Assembly (NCBI GenBank): GCA_965223995.1
Contig: CBDCXY010000017.1
Location: 520,519-584,518, forward strand
Direction of reading: 5' to 3'
Length of the DNA: 64,000 bases
From: Pontixanthobacter sp.
GTDB lineage: Bacteria; Pseudomonadota; Alphaproteobacteria; Sphingomonadales; Sphingomonadaceae
The notes beneath the pieces were generated by a model. That model was given only the letters and a program-made list of their open reading frames with translations, did not search any database and was not told the origin of the DNA. A program made the position numbers and the translations under genes. Below are positions 31,944-42,327 of this stretch, piece by piece; the first letter of the stretch is position 1; each line of letters opens with the position of its first letter.

Positions 31944-33452
31944 TCAGTAACGGGTTGCGAAAGTCACGCGGAATTCGCGCTCGCCATTGGTGGGCACGGG
32001 CACTTTCCATTTGCGCCGGTCCGAATTGATCTGCGTGCCGGGTAAATCCTCGCTGATGATGCGAAAATCGCGGCTCCACCAGCCACGGTCGAGCCCGGCC
32101 TGCACCAGGTCGACTTCGACCGGAGTCGATTTCGCATTGGTCAGCTTATAGACCATCGTCGTCTGGTAGTAGACGACCTGCCGCTGTTCCTCGACGCGGC
32201 TTACCTCTTGTCCGTCCTCCAGCACGATAAAGCGGCGGGTGTTCTCCCACTCGCCCTTGGTCAGCCGCTCGCGTTTTTCGACCGCTGCCTGCACGAAGAT
32301 ATCGAAGGCATCGCCCGTCGCGAGCGACAACTCGCTGCCCATCGGCGTATGCCCGATGCGATTCTCGCCGATAAATTGCGGCGTTCCCTTGCTGTCGCGT
32401 TGGTAGAAGCGGACCGTCCCGGCCGGAAGCGCATCGCCCAGCCCGCCATCGGCAGAGGACGAGAAGGCAATTTCGCTTCTCGCGTTGACCGGGTTGGAAT
32501 CGTTGCTCAGCCATCCGACCGTTCGGCGATAGACCTTCTCCGCGCGAACGCCCTGCACATCGAGAAAACTCACCTGCTTGGTCTGGCGGTTGGCAATCGT
32601 CGTGCGCTCGCTCAGCGGATAGAGGTAGAATTCGCCGACCTGTTCGCGATTGGCGCTTTCTGTGCCCGCGCGGATCATATTGCGGTTGTTCCGCCCTCTC
32701 CCGCTGCCATTGGGATTACCCGCGACCAGGAGCGTGTCGGCGCGGTGGAAGGTGGTGCCGGTTGTGTTGGTCAGCGTTACCCAGCCCTGCATATCGATGC
32801 TGTCATTGCCCTCGTCGTACAGAGCAACGTAATCGGCGGTCCAGCCGAGCCCCGGCGTAAGGTAACGGATCGATGCGGGACGGACGCCCGAACGACTGCT
32901 TTCGAGATTGACCGACAGCGTTGGCCGCGCGCGCAGATTGGGCGGAACACGGTCGAAGATAACCCGCACGGGCAGGCCGTCGTCGCGCAGCACTTCGATC
33001 CGGTTGCCGATCTGGATCACAACGCCGCCCGCGGTCGAGAGAACCTTGGCTCTTTCGCGCGTCTGGGTGCCCGTCGCCGGGTTTGTACGCAGCAGGGTTA
33101 CCGTTTGCCCGACTGCCTTGCTCATCAATTGCTGCGGGGTCAGCAGGTCAAAGTCGAAGTTCTGTTCGACAATCGCGGTATCGGGCGCAGCGAAGCTCAG
33201 CGTTTCGGGGCGGATTTGCGCGGAAACGTCGGGAAATTCGACCCGGCTACGCCCGGACCTGATGTTAAGTTGCCGGATATCCTGCACCAGCGATTGGCCG
33301 TTCTGGTAGATCGTAACGGCCACGTCGCCCTGCTCGGTCGCATCGGGATCGGGGAGCGATTGGGCAACACTGCCCGACGTCGCCAGAGAGGCCAGACCGG
33401 CGGCGGCGAGCAACGCCCCCCGCTTCATAAATCGAGCATGGATATTGCGCAT
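31944..33452 (-). CDS. DUF4139 domain protein, secreted (paralogue)
   Basis: VAVTIYQNG.SLV.D.R, LLTPQQLMSKAVGQTVTLLRTNPATG, FDRVPPNLRARP, and GWTADYVAL...G.VTL.N.TG. ATG 33452 is preceded by GGAGGA. Confidence 0.6.
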   Translation of the reverse strand: MRNIHARFMKRGALLAAAGLASLATSGSVAQSLPDPDATEQGDVAVTIYQNGQSLVQDIRQLNIRSGRSRVEFPDVSAQIRPETLSFAAPDTAIVEQNFDFDLLTPQQLMSKAVGQTVTLLRTNPATGTQTRERAKVLSTAGGVVIQIGNRIEVLRDDGLPVRVIFDRVPPNLRARPTLSVNLESSRSGVRPASIRYLTPGLGWTADYVALYDEGNDSIDMQGWVTLTNTTGTTFHRADTLLVAGNPNGSGRGRNNRNMIRAGTESANREQVGEFYLYPLSERTTIANRQTKQVSFLDVQGVRAEKVYRRTVGWLSNDSNPVNARSEIAFSSSADGGLGDALPAGTVRFYQRDSKGTPQFIGENRIGHTPMGSELSLATGDAFDIFVQAAVEKRERLTKGEWENTRRFIVLEDGQEVSRVEEQRQVVYYQTTMVYKLTNAKSTPVEVDLVQAGLDRGWWSRDFRIISEDLPGTQINSDRRKWKVPVPTNGEREFRVTFATRY

Positions 33453-33547
33453 CACCAGTCCTCCGCCTGAAATTCCGTACGGAGAACATGCCACTATGCG
33501 ACGCATTTCAAAAGGGGCTGCGGAAAGATTAACCGCAGTTCCGCGTT

Positions 33548-36010
33548 CTAGGCGTCCTGGGTCCGGACGCTGGCGGAGAGCACTTCACCCACCTTCTCGC
33601 CGATCTGCTGAACGCTGAACGGCTTGGGGATGAAATACATATCGTCGATATCGATCTCGGCGCGCAGCTGTTCCTCTGCATAGCCCGACATGAACAGGAT
33701 CGGCATATCGGGATGGATCTTGCGCAGCGCCTTGACCATCTTCGGGCCGTCCATGCCGGGCATCACAACGTCCGATACGACCAGGTCGAATGCGCCGTCA
33801 TTGGCGATGGCAGCGAGACCCTCTTCGCCATCCGATGCGGTGACCACTGTATAGCCAGCCCGCGTCAAAGCCCGCTCACCGACCGCGCGGACCATATCCT
33901 CGTCTTCGACCAGCAGCACACGTCCGCCGCCCGACCAGTCGCTTGCCGGGCCTTCGCGCTTGGTGTCGCGCTTGGTTGGTGCCTCGCCGCGATGGACGGG
34001 AAGGTAGACGGTGAACATAGCGCCATCGGGCTTGCCATCCTTGCCGCCGACATTGTCCGCGAAGATATAGCCGCCCGACTGCTTGACGATGCCGTAGACG
34101 GTCGAAAGACCGAGGCCTGTGCCCTTGCCCTGTTCCTTGGTCGTAAAGAACGGCTCGAAAATCTTGCCGAGCACTTCTGCAGGGATCCCGCCACCTGTAT
34201 CCTGTACCATCAGCACAGTATAATCCGCGACCGGGACAATTTCGGATTCCTGCCGCCGGATGTCCTTCGCAGAAACACGCCGCGTCGCGAGCGTCAGCTT
34301 GCCAGTCCCGTCACCATTTGCCTGGATCGCATCGCGCGCATTGACCGCCAGATTAACGATCACCTGCTCGAGCTGCTGCGGGTCAGCGCGGACAGGCCCA
34401 AGATCGCGGTCATGGCGGACCCTGAATTCGATCTTTTCGCCCAGCAGCCGCTTGAGAAGCTGGCTGACCTCGCTAACCACATCGGGCAACTGCAGCACTT
34501 CGGGCCGCAAGGTCTGCTGGCGGCTGAAGGCGAGCAATTGCCGCGTCAGGCTAGCCGCGCGGTTGGAATTGGCGCGGATCTGCTGGATATCGTCATAGTC
34601 GCTGTCGCCTGGCGTATGGCGCAACAGCATCAGGTCGCAATAGCCGATGATCGCGGTCAGCACATTGTTGAAATCATGCGCGACACCGCCGGCGAGCTGG
34701 CCGACCGCCTGCATTTTCGTCGCCTGGGCGACCTGTCGCTTGAGCTTGGTCTCCTCGGTGGAGTCGGTCAGGCTGAGCAGCACCGCCGCTTCACCCAGCC
34801 CGCGCACTCCCGCAAGGCCCAGCGACACCGGTTCGTCGGGTTGGGTGCGCAGCCGGATCGCCATATCGCCGGTACTGGCCGATCCCTTGCCATAGCGCCG
34901 CACCGCATCGGAGAGCGCACCCTTGTCCTCCTTGACCACAAGGTCGGAGGGATATTGCGGGACGCCCTCGCCCTCGCGCTCGACCGCGCGCAGGAACGCC
35001 TCGTTGCCGAACAGGAAGCGTCCGTCGCGATCAGTCATTGCAAGGCCCAACGGCAACGCGCCGAGCAGTGCCTCGAGTTGCGGTGTCGCTGCGGCGCTTG
35101 ATGTCTCAACCGCCCCACCGATCCCTATACCACTTTCCATCAGCAGCATCAGCGACGGGCTATCCAGAGCGGGCTTGCCCGTCCGCTTGTCGCCTAGCGG
35201 AACCTGCACGATCGAATGCGCCGATCCCTTACGACCTTCGCGCGCAAAATAGATCTGGTCTCGATCATCGGAGCGCAGTTGCTTGACGAATTCCTGTCCT
35301 GCAAGCGTTGCTTTGCTGTCACCCGTCGCGCGGGTCGCGAAGCCGCGACCAGCCGACCGGATAATCCCATCGCCATCGACCACCACTGCCTCGATCCCGG
35401 CTTCGGACAGCAATTCGCCGAAACGCCCCGCGATCAAATCGGCGATACTCGATGTCGGATCGGCAGCCTCGGCGGGGGAAAAGCGCCAGATCAAATAGTC
35501 ATCACCGCGACCGGCACGCTCGGCCTCGCCGTTCCACGCGCGATCGCCATCTCTGGCCGACAGCTTGGCGGCAACCGCTGCTCCGTCGCGCCATGCCTCG
35601 CGTGTTGCGCGCACCAGCGCTTCAAGCGACTCTCGATCCAGTTCGAGGTTGGGCGGCGCTATACCCGTTCCGAACCATTCGACATAAGCCTGGTTGGCGC
35701 AGGCGAGGCGGTTGGCACGATCGGTGATTGCGACTGCTACGCCGGGCCGTTCAATTGCGGCAACCGTCACCGACCAGTCGGGCGGTGCCAGTTCGTCCTC
35801 GCGCGAATTGGTTCCCAGCCGACTGAACAGGCAGCAGCATCCGCCGATCACCGCGAGCCCACACAGGAATGCAGCCGTCAGGACGGCATCCTCGCTGACA
35901 AACCAGATCACTGCACCGCTCGCGATCAGCGCAGCCAGCACGCCGCCCAGCAGTACCGGGCTCAAACCCTCCGGTCCGCCTACCGTGATTGCCCGCCCCT
36001 GCTCGCTCAT
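33548..36010 (-). CDS. cckA: hybrid sensor histidine kinase / response regulator, CckA-like
   Basis: 820 aa with two N-terminal transmembrane helices and PAS-like regions. The HisKA region carries [25 protein letters not shown], followed by HATPase (GTGLGLS) and a C-terminal REC domain ([14 protein letters not shown]). Confidence 0.65.
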   Translation of the reverse strand: MSEQGRAITVGGPEGLSPVLLGGVLAALIASGAVIWFVSEDAVLTAAFLCGLAVIGGCCCLFSRLGTNSREDELAPPDWSVTVAAIERPGVAVAITDRANRLACANQAYVEWFGTGIAPPNLELDRESLEALVRATREAWRDGAAVAAKLSARDGDRAWNGEAERAGRGDDYLIWRFSPAEAADPTSSIADLIAGRFGELLSEAGIEAVVVDGDGIIRSAGRGFATRATGDSKATLAGQEFVKQLRSDDRDQIYFAREGRKGSAHSIVQVPLGDKRTGKPALDSPSLMLLMESGIGIGGAVETSSAAATPQLEALLGALPLGLAMTDRDGRFLFGNEAFLRAVEREGEGVPQYPSDLVVKEDKGALSDAVRRYGKGSASTGDMAIRLRTQPDEPVSLGLAGVRGLGEAAVLLSLTDSTEETKLKRQVAQATKMQAVGQLAGGVAHDFNNVLTAIIGYCDLMLLRHTPGDSDYDDIQQIRANSNRAASLTRQLLAFSRQQTLRPEVLQLPDVVSEVSQLLKRLLGEKIEFRVRHDRDLGPVRADPQQLEQVIVNLAVNARDAIQANGDGTGKLTLATRRVSAKDIRRQESEIVPVADYTVLMVQDTGGGIPAEVLGKIFEPFFTTKEQGKGTGLGLSTVYGIVKQSGGYIFADNVGGKDGKPDGAMFTVYLPVHRGEAPTKRDTKREGPASDWSGGGRVLLVEDEDMVRAVGERALTRAGYTVVTASDGEEGLAAIANDGAFDLVVSDVVMPGMDGPKMVKALRKIHPDMPILFMSGYAEEQLRAEIDIDDMYFIPKPFSVQQIGEKVGEVLSASVRTQDA

Positions 36011-36594
36011 GCCTTGCGCGCTCCGAGCCTTTCGTCGAGGCGAGCCTCCATCTTGCGCAAACGCCGCGCCCGCTTGCGAGCCACCATAAACCGCCAGACA
36101 AAACTCGAGATCAGATAACCAAGCGCTGACGATACGATTGCCAGCACCACGAAACCGAATGCGGTCACCCCCGCGAGTTCAAAAAACACAGCCAATGCAC
36201 CCTTATCGTCGGCGAATTCCGCCGCCGTGCCGCTGCCCATTGTCCTGTCGACATTGAGCACGAATTTGCCAACCTGATTGGCCACGACCGCCCAAAACGG
36301 GAATGTGAAGGGGTTGGTCACGAACGTCACGAGCGCGGACAAGGGCACATTCGCCCGTGCCGGAAGCGCCAGAAATGCCGCCAGGAAAATCTGTCCGACA
36401 GGAACGATAAAGGCTGCGAACAGGCCCAATGCCGTCCCGCGCGGCACCGACCGGCGGGTGAACCGCCAAAGCTCAGGCGAGAGGAACCGGTGCGCGATCG
36501 GCGCAAGATATTTGTTCTTCGCCATCTCTTCGCGCGTAGGCGTGTATTTGCGGATCAGGTCCGAAAGGAAAGTCTTGGAGCGAAAATCGGTCAT
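36007..36594 (-). CDS. DUF2062 domain membrane protein
   Basis: P...A.G...G.F....P..G.Q...A...A......N.......F..NP pattern plus transmembrane helices. The stop overlaps the cckA start. Confidence 0.55.
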   Translation of the reverse strand: MTDFRSKTFLSDLIRKYTPTREEMAKNKYLAPIAHRFLSPELWRFTRRSVPRGTALGLFAAFIVPVGQIFLAAFLALPARANVPLSALVTFVTNPFTFPFWAVVANQVGKFVLNVDRTMGSGTAAEFADDKGALAVFFELAGVTAFGFVVLAIVSSALGYLISSFVWRFMVARKRARRLRKMEARLDERLGARKA

Positions 36595-36734
36595 TGCGGC
36601 AGCGCCGCATTGCGCCGCAAGCCAGCAATTCGCAAGGGCGAACAGCGGCAAATGCGCAAGATATTCGGCGAACGGGTCATATTGACGGATATGGGCGTTT
36701 TTTGTTGAGCCTCAAGCACCGGGCTCGAGCCGTC

Positions 36735-36900
36735 CGGCTCGCTTGGCTTCGCCCTACCGGGCGGCGCGCGGTCGCGCGCTGGCTACCGCGACCAAGTTTC
36801 CTGGCTTGAACTCATAGGGCTAGTGTCTGTTCTTGGTTGCGGTAGCCATAGGGCCAAGCGGCCCGCCCGCAGCGAAGCGACCGTAAGGGAGCGAAAGCGA
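36735..36900. repeat. long imperfect inverted repeat (about 65-bp arms) upstream of smpB
   Basis: tggctaccgcgaccaag (36780-36796) pairs with cttggttgcggtagcca (36832-36848). The outer partial matches gcttcgc..cgggcgg and ccgcccgc..gcgaagc extend the arms. Confidence 0.55.
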
Positions 36901-36941
36901 GGATATCGCGAGCGCGTGAGGCACTTGCGGAAAACAAAGAA

Positions 36942-37424
36942 TCACCCCTTTTCGCGCAGCAGCCGTTGCTTGTCGCGTTTCCAGTCGCGGTCCTTGATAT
37001 ATTCGCGCTTGTCCTGCGCCTTGCGCCCCTTGCCGAGCGCCAGCTCGACCTTCGCCCGGCCCTGCTTGTTAAAATAGATCGACATCGGGACCAGCGTCAT
37101 GCCCTTCCGCTCGACCGCGCCCATCAGCTTGTTGATCTCGCGCCGGTTGAGCAGCAGCTTGCGCGGGCGCTTCGCCTCGTGGTTCTCGCGATTGCCATGG
37201 CTGTATTCGGGGATGTTGGCATTGATCAGCCAGACCTCGCCATCCTTCGCCTCGGCATAGCTTTCGGTGATCGAGGCCTCACCTGCGCGCAAGGCCTTCA
37301 CCTCGGTTCCCTGCAACATCAACCCGGCCTCGAACTTGTCCTCGATCGCATAGTCGAACCGCGCACGCCGGTTCTCGGCGACGGTTTTCTGCTTGTCGAA
37401 GGTTTCCGGTTTGGGGCGAGCCAT
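36942..37424 (-). CDS. smpB: SsrA-binding protein
   Basis: [28 protein letters not shown] and R.EI.KL, with the basic C-terminal tail. Confidence 0.95.
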   Translation of the reverse strand: MARPKPETFDKQKTVAENRRARFDYAIEDKFEAGLMLQGTEVKALRAGEASITESYAEAKDGEVWLINANIPEYSHGNRENHEAKRPRKLLLNRREINKLMGAVERKGMTLVPMSIYFNKQGRAKVELALGKGRKAQDKREYIKDRDWKRDKQRLLREKG

Positions 37425-37537
37425 GGTCCGGCGCATGTAGGCCCAGTTGCGCTGCGGGGAAAGGGGCAATGCGCGCAGCTATTGCCAAAGCCGCAATCAA
37501 TGGTGATTGTGACGTAACGGATTGGAAGGGAACACAT

Positions 37538-39265
37538 ATGCAGATCGCTCGTCGGGGCTTGCTTGCCGGGATGGCGGCCACACCGTTGATCGCCACTGTT
37601 GATGGTGTATCGGCGCAGATCGGCGACGTGACCGTGTTCGAGGCGAAGAAGATCGTCACGATGGAGCGCGGCCTGCCCGAAGCGCGTTTTATGGCCTGTG
37701 CAGGCGGAATAATCCTCGGTATCGCCCAAACGGTCGAAGCGCTTTCGCCATGGACTTCGGGCCGCGCGGCAAAGATCGACCGCCGTTTCGCCGACAAGGT
37801 GCTGTTTCCCGGTCTGATCGATCCGCACATCCACCCGATGCAGACGGCAGTGATGCTCAACATGCCGTTTATCGCGCCCGATGACTGGACGCTGCCTTCG
37901 GGCGACTGGCCCGGCGTGAGTGGGCAGGGAGCCTACCGGGCAAGGCTTCGCAAACTGGTCGCTGAAGACCCAAGCGATCCGCTGATCACATGGGGGCATC
38001 ACGAGCTGTTTCACGGCCCGCTGGATCGCGCAGTGCTCGACGAAATCGCCCCTGATCGACCACTCTTCGTGTGGCAGCGCAGCTTTCACGAGATATTCGC
38101 CAACACCGCCGCACTCGCCAGCATTGGCCTGGCAGAGCAACGCGCATTCGACGCTGCCGTTGCAGCAGCAAAATCGGACCCGCATCACGCCAGTTTCGAA
38201 AAAGGTATCTTCTCCGAAACCGCGCTGGGGATCGCCATTGCCAAATTGCGCCCGGTCATTCTCTCGCCCGAGAAACTCAACAAAGGATTCGCCGGACTGC
38301 TGTCGATGATGAAGGATCGCGGCGTCACAACCACCGCCGACCTTGCGACCGGTATCTTCGCAGGATTCGATGCCGAGGCTGCGCTGATCGCGGGGACGTT
38401 CGACCGACCGGATGCAAGTTCACGAGTCATGCTGATGCCCATCGCGGCGGAGATTTTCGGGCAGGAGGACCTCTCGGCATGGCTGGCCGATGCGCAGGAG
38501 AAATTCACGCGCCCCAACGTGTCGCTCGACAAGCGGGTCAAGCTGTTCGCCGACGGCGCATTCTTCGCGCAATATATGCAGATGGGGCCGCCCGGATACA
38601 CCGATGGACATCTGGGCAAATGGCTGACCGAACCCGATATGCTGGGCCAGCATATGCGCAAGTTCTGGGATGCCGGTTTCTCGCTGCATATTCATGTGAA
38701 TGGCGATCTGGGCGCGGATGTCGTGCTCGACGGCCTTGCCCGATTGCCGCATCACCCAGCGCAAGAGGTCACGCTCGAACATCTCGGATATTGCACCGAA
38801 GCTCAGGCGCAGCGGATCGCCGAGATGGACCTGATGGTCTCCGCCCAACCCAACTACATCCGCGTGCTGGGCAAGGCGTATTCGGAAACTGGCCTTGGAC
38901 CCGACCGTGCCTCGCTAATGAACCGCCTCGGTTCGCTCGAGCGGGGCGATGTTCCGCTCGGCCTGCACAGCGATTTCAATATGGCACCGATTGACCCGTT
39001 CTACCTCGCCTGGATTGCCCAAACCCGCGAAGGGATCGACGGCACAGCCCGTGCCCCCGCCGAACGGATCAGCCGGAAAAAAGCACTACGGGCAATCACC
39101 ATCGAGGCGGCTCAAGTCATCGGAATGGACCACCAGATCGGCTCTATCGCAGCGGGCAAAAAAGCTGACTTTGTTGCGCTTGATGACGACCCTTTCGAAG
39201 TCGAACTGGCTGCGATGAAGGACATGTCGATTGCAGCCACGGTTTTTGAGGGCCGACTGACTTAG
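37538..39265 (+). CDS. amidohydrolase-family (TIM-barrel metal hydrolase) protein with a Tat-like signal
   Basis: N-terminal MQIARRGLLAGMAATPLIA. Contains the metal motif DPHIHP and, later, HVNGD and LHSDF. Confidence 0.7.
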   Translation: MQIARRGLLAGMAATPLIATVDGVSAQIGDVTVFEAKKIVTMERGLPEARFMACAGGIILGIAQTVEALSPWTSGRAAKIDRRFADKVLFPGLIDPHIHPMQTAVMLNMPFIAPDDWTLPSGDWPGVSGQGAYRARLRKLVAEDPSDPLITWGHHELFHGPLDRAVLDEIAPDRPLFVWQRSFHEIFANTAALASIGLAEQRAFDAAVAAAKSDPHHASFEKGIFSETALGIAIAKLRPVILSPEKLNKGFAGLLSMMKDRGVTTTADLATGIFAGFDAEAALIAGTFDRPDASSRVMLMPIAAEIFGQEDLSAWLADAQEKFTRPNVSLDKRVKLFADGAFFAQYMQMGPPGYTDGHLGKWLTEPDMLGQHMRKFWDAGFSLHIHVNGDLGADVVLDGLARLPHHPAQEVTLEHLGYCTEAQAQRIAEMDLMVSAQPNYIRVLGKAYSETGLGPDRASLMNRLGSLERGDVPLGLHSDFNMAPIDPFYLAWIAQTREGIDGTARAPAERISRKKALRAITIEAAQVIGMDHQIGSIAAGKKADFVALDDDPFEVELAAMKDMSIAATVFEGRLT

Positions 39266-39406
39266 ACCATACCCGAATATTCAAGCATGCGCAGATATCT
39301 GTCGATCCGAACAATAAACCTGTTGATTTGGCGTCAGATACTGCGCTTAGGGAATTCGCGAAAATTAGGCTGCCCGAATTGCAGCAAGGATAACAGGATC
39401 TCAAAT

Positions 39407-41350
39407 ATGCGTTTTGCAATTGTTGCGCTTTTCTCCGCAATTTCGGTCGCGGTTTTTCCCGCACATGCTGCGGCACAGCAACCGGTTCCTATCGAAGAAT
39501 ACGGCAAACTACCCGACGTCGAGGACGCGGTCATCTCTCCCTCCGGTCAACGAATAGCCCTCCTCACCACAATCAAGGGGCAGCGCGTAATTCTGGCAAC
39601 AGAGGGCAAAACGCCGCTTGGCGCTCCCATGGCTGTCGGCGACATGAAAGTTCGACGGATCGACTGGATCGGCGAAGACAGACTGCTGCTGGTCACCAGC
39701 CAGACAGAGGATCTGGGTTATGGGTTCACGGCAGACAAAGCTGAGTTTTTTGTCGGGCGCGTTTTGCCGATATCTCCAGGGGTCAAATCAGGGATCATCT
39801 TCGGCAATCGCCATGATCTCGTTGACGCGATGATCGGGGACTACGGAACGCGCAAAATCAACGGCAAGTGGTACGGCTATTACGGGGCGATAGAATTGAG
39901 CCGCGGTTCGGGTGCCCGATACGGGTTCGACCACGGGCGGCCCTATCTCTATCGCGTCGACTTGCAGGATTTTTCAACCGAGAAGATCGCCAACGCGGCC
40001 AACGAAGGCCACGACAATGACTGGTTGATCGATGCAAATGGCGAATTGGCGGCGGAACTCGATATTGACGACGACACGGGTAAGTGGCGTCTGCGCGGTT
40101 TGCACAACAATGTCATTGCACAAGGTCAGAACCGGGCCGGACGCGTCTGGCTGGTTGGTCTGGGCCACAAAGGTGACACCGTGATTATGGGTGAAAGCGG
40201 GACTGAGGCAAGCGTCTGGTACGAGATCCCGCTTGCCGGCGGAGAACCCAAGCCGTTTCTCGACGACATCGATGTCGACCGCCTCTATTTCGATGACACC
40301 ACCGGGCATCTGATCGGGTATCTTCAAGGCTCGCCCGAGCAGCGTCCTGTTTTCGTCAATCCGGATTACGACAAGAGGGCAAAAAGTGTCCGGCAAGCCT
40401 TCGCCCATCTCGAATCGAGAATGATAGACTGGACGAGCGGCCTTGATCAGGTGGTCGTTCGCACCAGCGGCAACAAGGATAGCGGCAGTTGGTTCGCGGT
40501 CGACCTGAAAAACTCGAGAGCCAACGCGATCGCCTACGAACGCCTCGCAATTGGTCCCGAGCAGGTCGGTGCCATTTCGACGTTCGAATACACCGCAAGC
40601 GACGGACTCGAAATGGACGGGATCCTGACTCTGCCGCCCGGAAAAGAAGCAAAAAACCTTCCGGTTGTTGTTCTGCCCCACGGCGGTCCGCACGCCCATG
40701 ACAGTCCGAGTTTCGACTGGTGGGCGCAGGCATTTGCCTCTCGCGGTTACGCGGTGCTCCAACCGAACTTCCGCGGGTCTACTAATCGCTCGCAGTCGTT
40801 CACACGGGCCGGCTATGGCGAGTGGGGACGAAAGATGCAGACCGACAAGTCGGATGGGCTCGCTGCTCTTGCGGAAAAGGGAATTGCCGATCCGAAGCGC
40901 GCCTGCATCGTCGGGGCAAGTTATGGCGGCTACGCGGCGCTTGCAGGCGTCACCCTGCAACAGGGTATCTACCGCTGCGCCGTCGCCGTGGCACCGGTCA
41001 GCGACATCCGCACAATGTTCAACGAGGATTACCGCGCAACCGGACGTGACCGCACCACAAAAACCGCTCTGTTGCAGCAATTGGGCCCGCGCGACCGGTG
41101 GGACGAGGTTTCACCCCTGCGCCACGCCGAACAGGCGAGCGCGCCTATCATGCTAATCCACGGCAAGGATGACGTCGTTGTTCCCTTTGGACACTCAGCA
41201 AAAATGGCTGACAAGCTCAAAGATCACGACAAACCCTATGAGATGGTCGCGCTTGATGGAGAGGACCACTGGCTTTCGTTGTCGGAAACGCGGAAAAAAA
41301 TGCTGGCCTCGGCTGTTCGCTTTGTCGAGCAGCATAATCCGGCGGATTAG
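39407..41350 (+). CDS. S9-family serine peptidase (prolyl oligopeptidase / dipeptidyl aminopeptidase type)
   Basis: Signal peptide MRFAIVALFSAISVAVFPAHA and a beta-propeller-like N-terminal half. The C-terminal half has VVLPHGGP, the nucleophile GASYGGY, and IHGKDDVVV. Confidence 0.8.
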   Translation: MRFAIVALFSAISVAVFPAHAAAQQPVPIEEYGKLPDVEDAVISPSGQRIALLTTIKGQRVILATEGKTPLGAPMAVGDMKVRRIDWIGEDRLLLVTSQTEDLGYGFTADKAEFFVGRVLPISPGVKSGIIFGNRHDLVDAMIGDYGTRKINGKWYGYYGAIELSRGSGARYGFDHGRPYLYRVDLQDFSTEKIANAANEGHDNDWLIDANGELAAELDIDDDTGKWRLRGLHNNVIAQGQNRAGRVWLVGLGHKGDTVIMGESGTEASVWYEIPLAGGEPKPFLDDIDVDRLYFDDTTGHLIGYLQGSPEQRPVFVNPDYDKRAKSVRQAFAHLESRMIDWTSGLDQVVVRTSGNKDSGSWFAVDLKNSRANAIAYERLAIGPEQVGAISTFEYTASDGLEMDGILTLPPGKEAKNLPVVVLPHGGPHAHDSPSFDWWAQAFASRGYAVLQPNFRGSTNRSQSFTRAGYGEWGRKMQTDKSDGLAALAEKGIADPKRACIVGASYGGYAALAGVTLQQGIYRCAVAVAPVSDIRTMFNEDYRATGRDRTTKTALLQQLGPRDRWDEVSPLRHAEQASAPIMLIHGKDDVVVPFGHSAKMADKLKDHDKPYEMVALDGEDHWLSLSETRKKMLASAVRFVEQHNPAD

Positions 41351-41354
41351 CGGG

Positions 41355-42236
41355 CTATGCCAACCCCGCATGCTCCAGCGCGTCGTCGACTGCTTTCCTT
41401 GCATGCTCGCTGCACGGCACAATCGGCAGGCGCACTTCGTCGGTCATCCAGTTATGTACGCGGCTGAGAGCGTATTTGACCGGTGCGGGGCTGCTGTCTT
41501 CGAACATTGCGTAGTGCAGCGGGTAGAGCAGGTCGTTGAGGCGGCGCGCTTCGACGAGGTCGTTATCGGCGCAGGCCTGCTGGAACTGGGCGCACAGCTC
41601 CGGCGCGACATTGGCGGTGACCGAGATGCAGCCCTTCCCGCCGGCCGCGTTGAACGGCAGCGCCAATTCGTCATTGCCCGATAGCTGGCAGAAATCGCGC
41701 CCGATACCCATGCGGTGATCGGCAACGCGCGACAGGTCTTCGCTCGCATCCTTGATTGCGACGATCTGATCGGGAAATTTGTTGGCCAGTTCGATGGTGG
41801 TTTCCGGCTCGATATCGGTCACCGTCCTGCCCGGCACGTTGTAGAGCACGATCGGCAGGTCGCAGTTTTCCGCCAGATAGCTGAAATGCGCGACCAGTCC
41901 GGCCTGACTTGGCTTGTTGTAGTAAGGCGCAACGCACAGTCCCGCCGCCGCGCCCGCTTTCTTCGAGAAATTCATATGCAGCAGCGCGTTTTGCGTATCG
42001 TTGCTGCCGCAACCGGCAATCACCGGAACGCGCCCCGCAGCCTGTTCGATGCAGATTTCGATTACGCGGTGATGCTCGGCATTGGAGAGGGTCGAGGCTT
42101 CGCCAGTGGTCCCGCAGGGCACCAATGCCTTGCTTCCGCATTCGACCTGCCAATCGACCAGCCGGCGAAACGCGCCCTCGTCAAACGATCCGTCGCGAAA
42201 AGGAGTCACCAGAGCGGGAATTGAGCCTGCAAACAT
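41355..42236 (-). CDS. dapA: 4-hydroxy-tetrahydrodipicolinate synthase
   Basis: G...AL.TPF, the GTTGE motif CGTTGEAS, YNKP, and the active-site-lysine context IVAIKDAS. Confidence 0.93.
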   Translation of the reverse strand: MFAGSIPALVTPFRDGSFDEGAFRRLVDWQVECGSKALVPCGTTGEASTLSNAEHHRVIEICIEQAAGRVPVIAGCGSNDTQNALLHMNFSKKAGAAAGLCVAPYYNKPSQAGLVAHFSYLAENCDLPIVLYNVPGRTVTDIEPETTIELANKFPDQIVAIKDASEDLSRVADHRMGIGRDFCQLSGNDELALPFNAAGGKGCISVTANVAPELCAQFQQACADNDLVEARRLNDLLYPLHYAMFEDSSPAPVKYALSRVHNWMTDEVRLPIVPCSEHARKAVDDALEHAGLA

Positions 42237-42327
42237 TTCGTAGTCCTTGCTTTCGCCGCATGAACAGGACAGTTAATCCGTTCACAAGGCGTTTCATTCA
42301 GCGCCTGATAAGGAGCCACAAGCCACT

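Noticed and set aside
36652-36941. Possible ssrA (tmRNA) next to smpB
   Set aside because: Neither strand has a T-loop (GGTTCGANTCC), an acceptor stem ending in CCA, or an alanine-rich tag ORF ending in a stop codon. The region is better described as a long imperfect palindrome.
37538-41350. Amidohydrolase plus S9 peptidase as an inserted island between smpB and dapA
   Set aside because: Composition is close to the genome norm, there are no repeats or mobility genes at the borders, and both have ordinary secretion signals. They are most likely resident periplasmic peptide-degradation genes.
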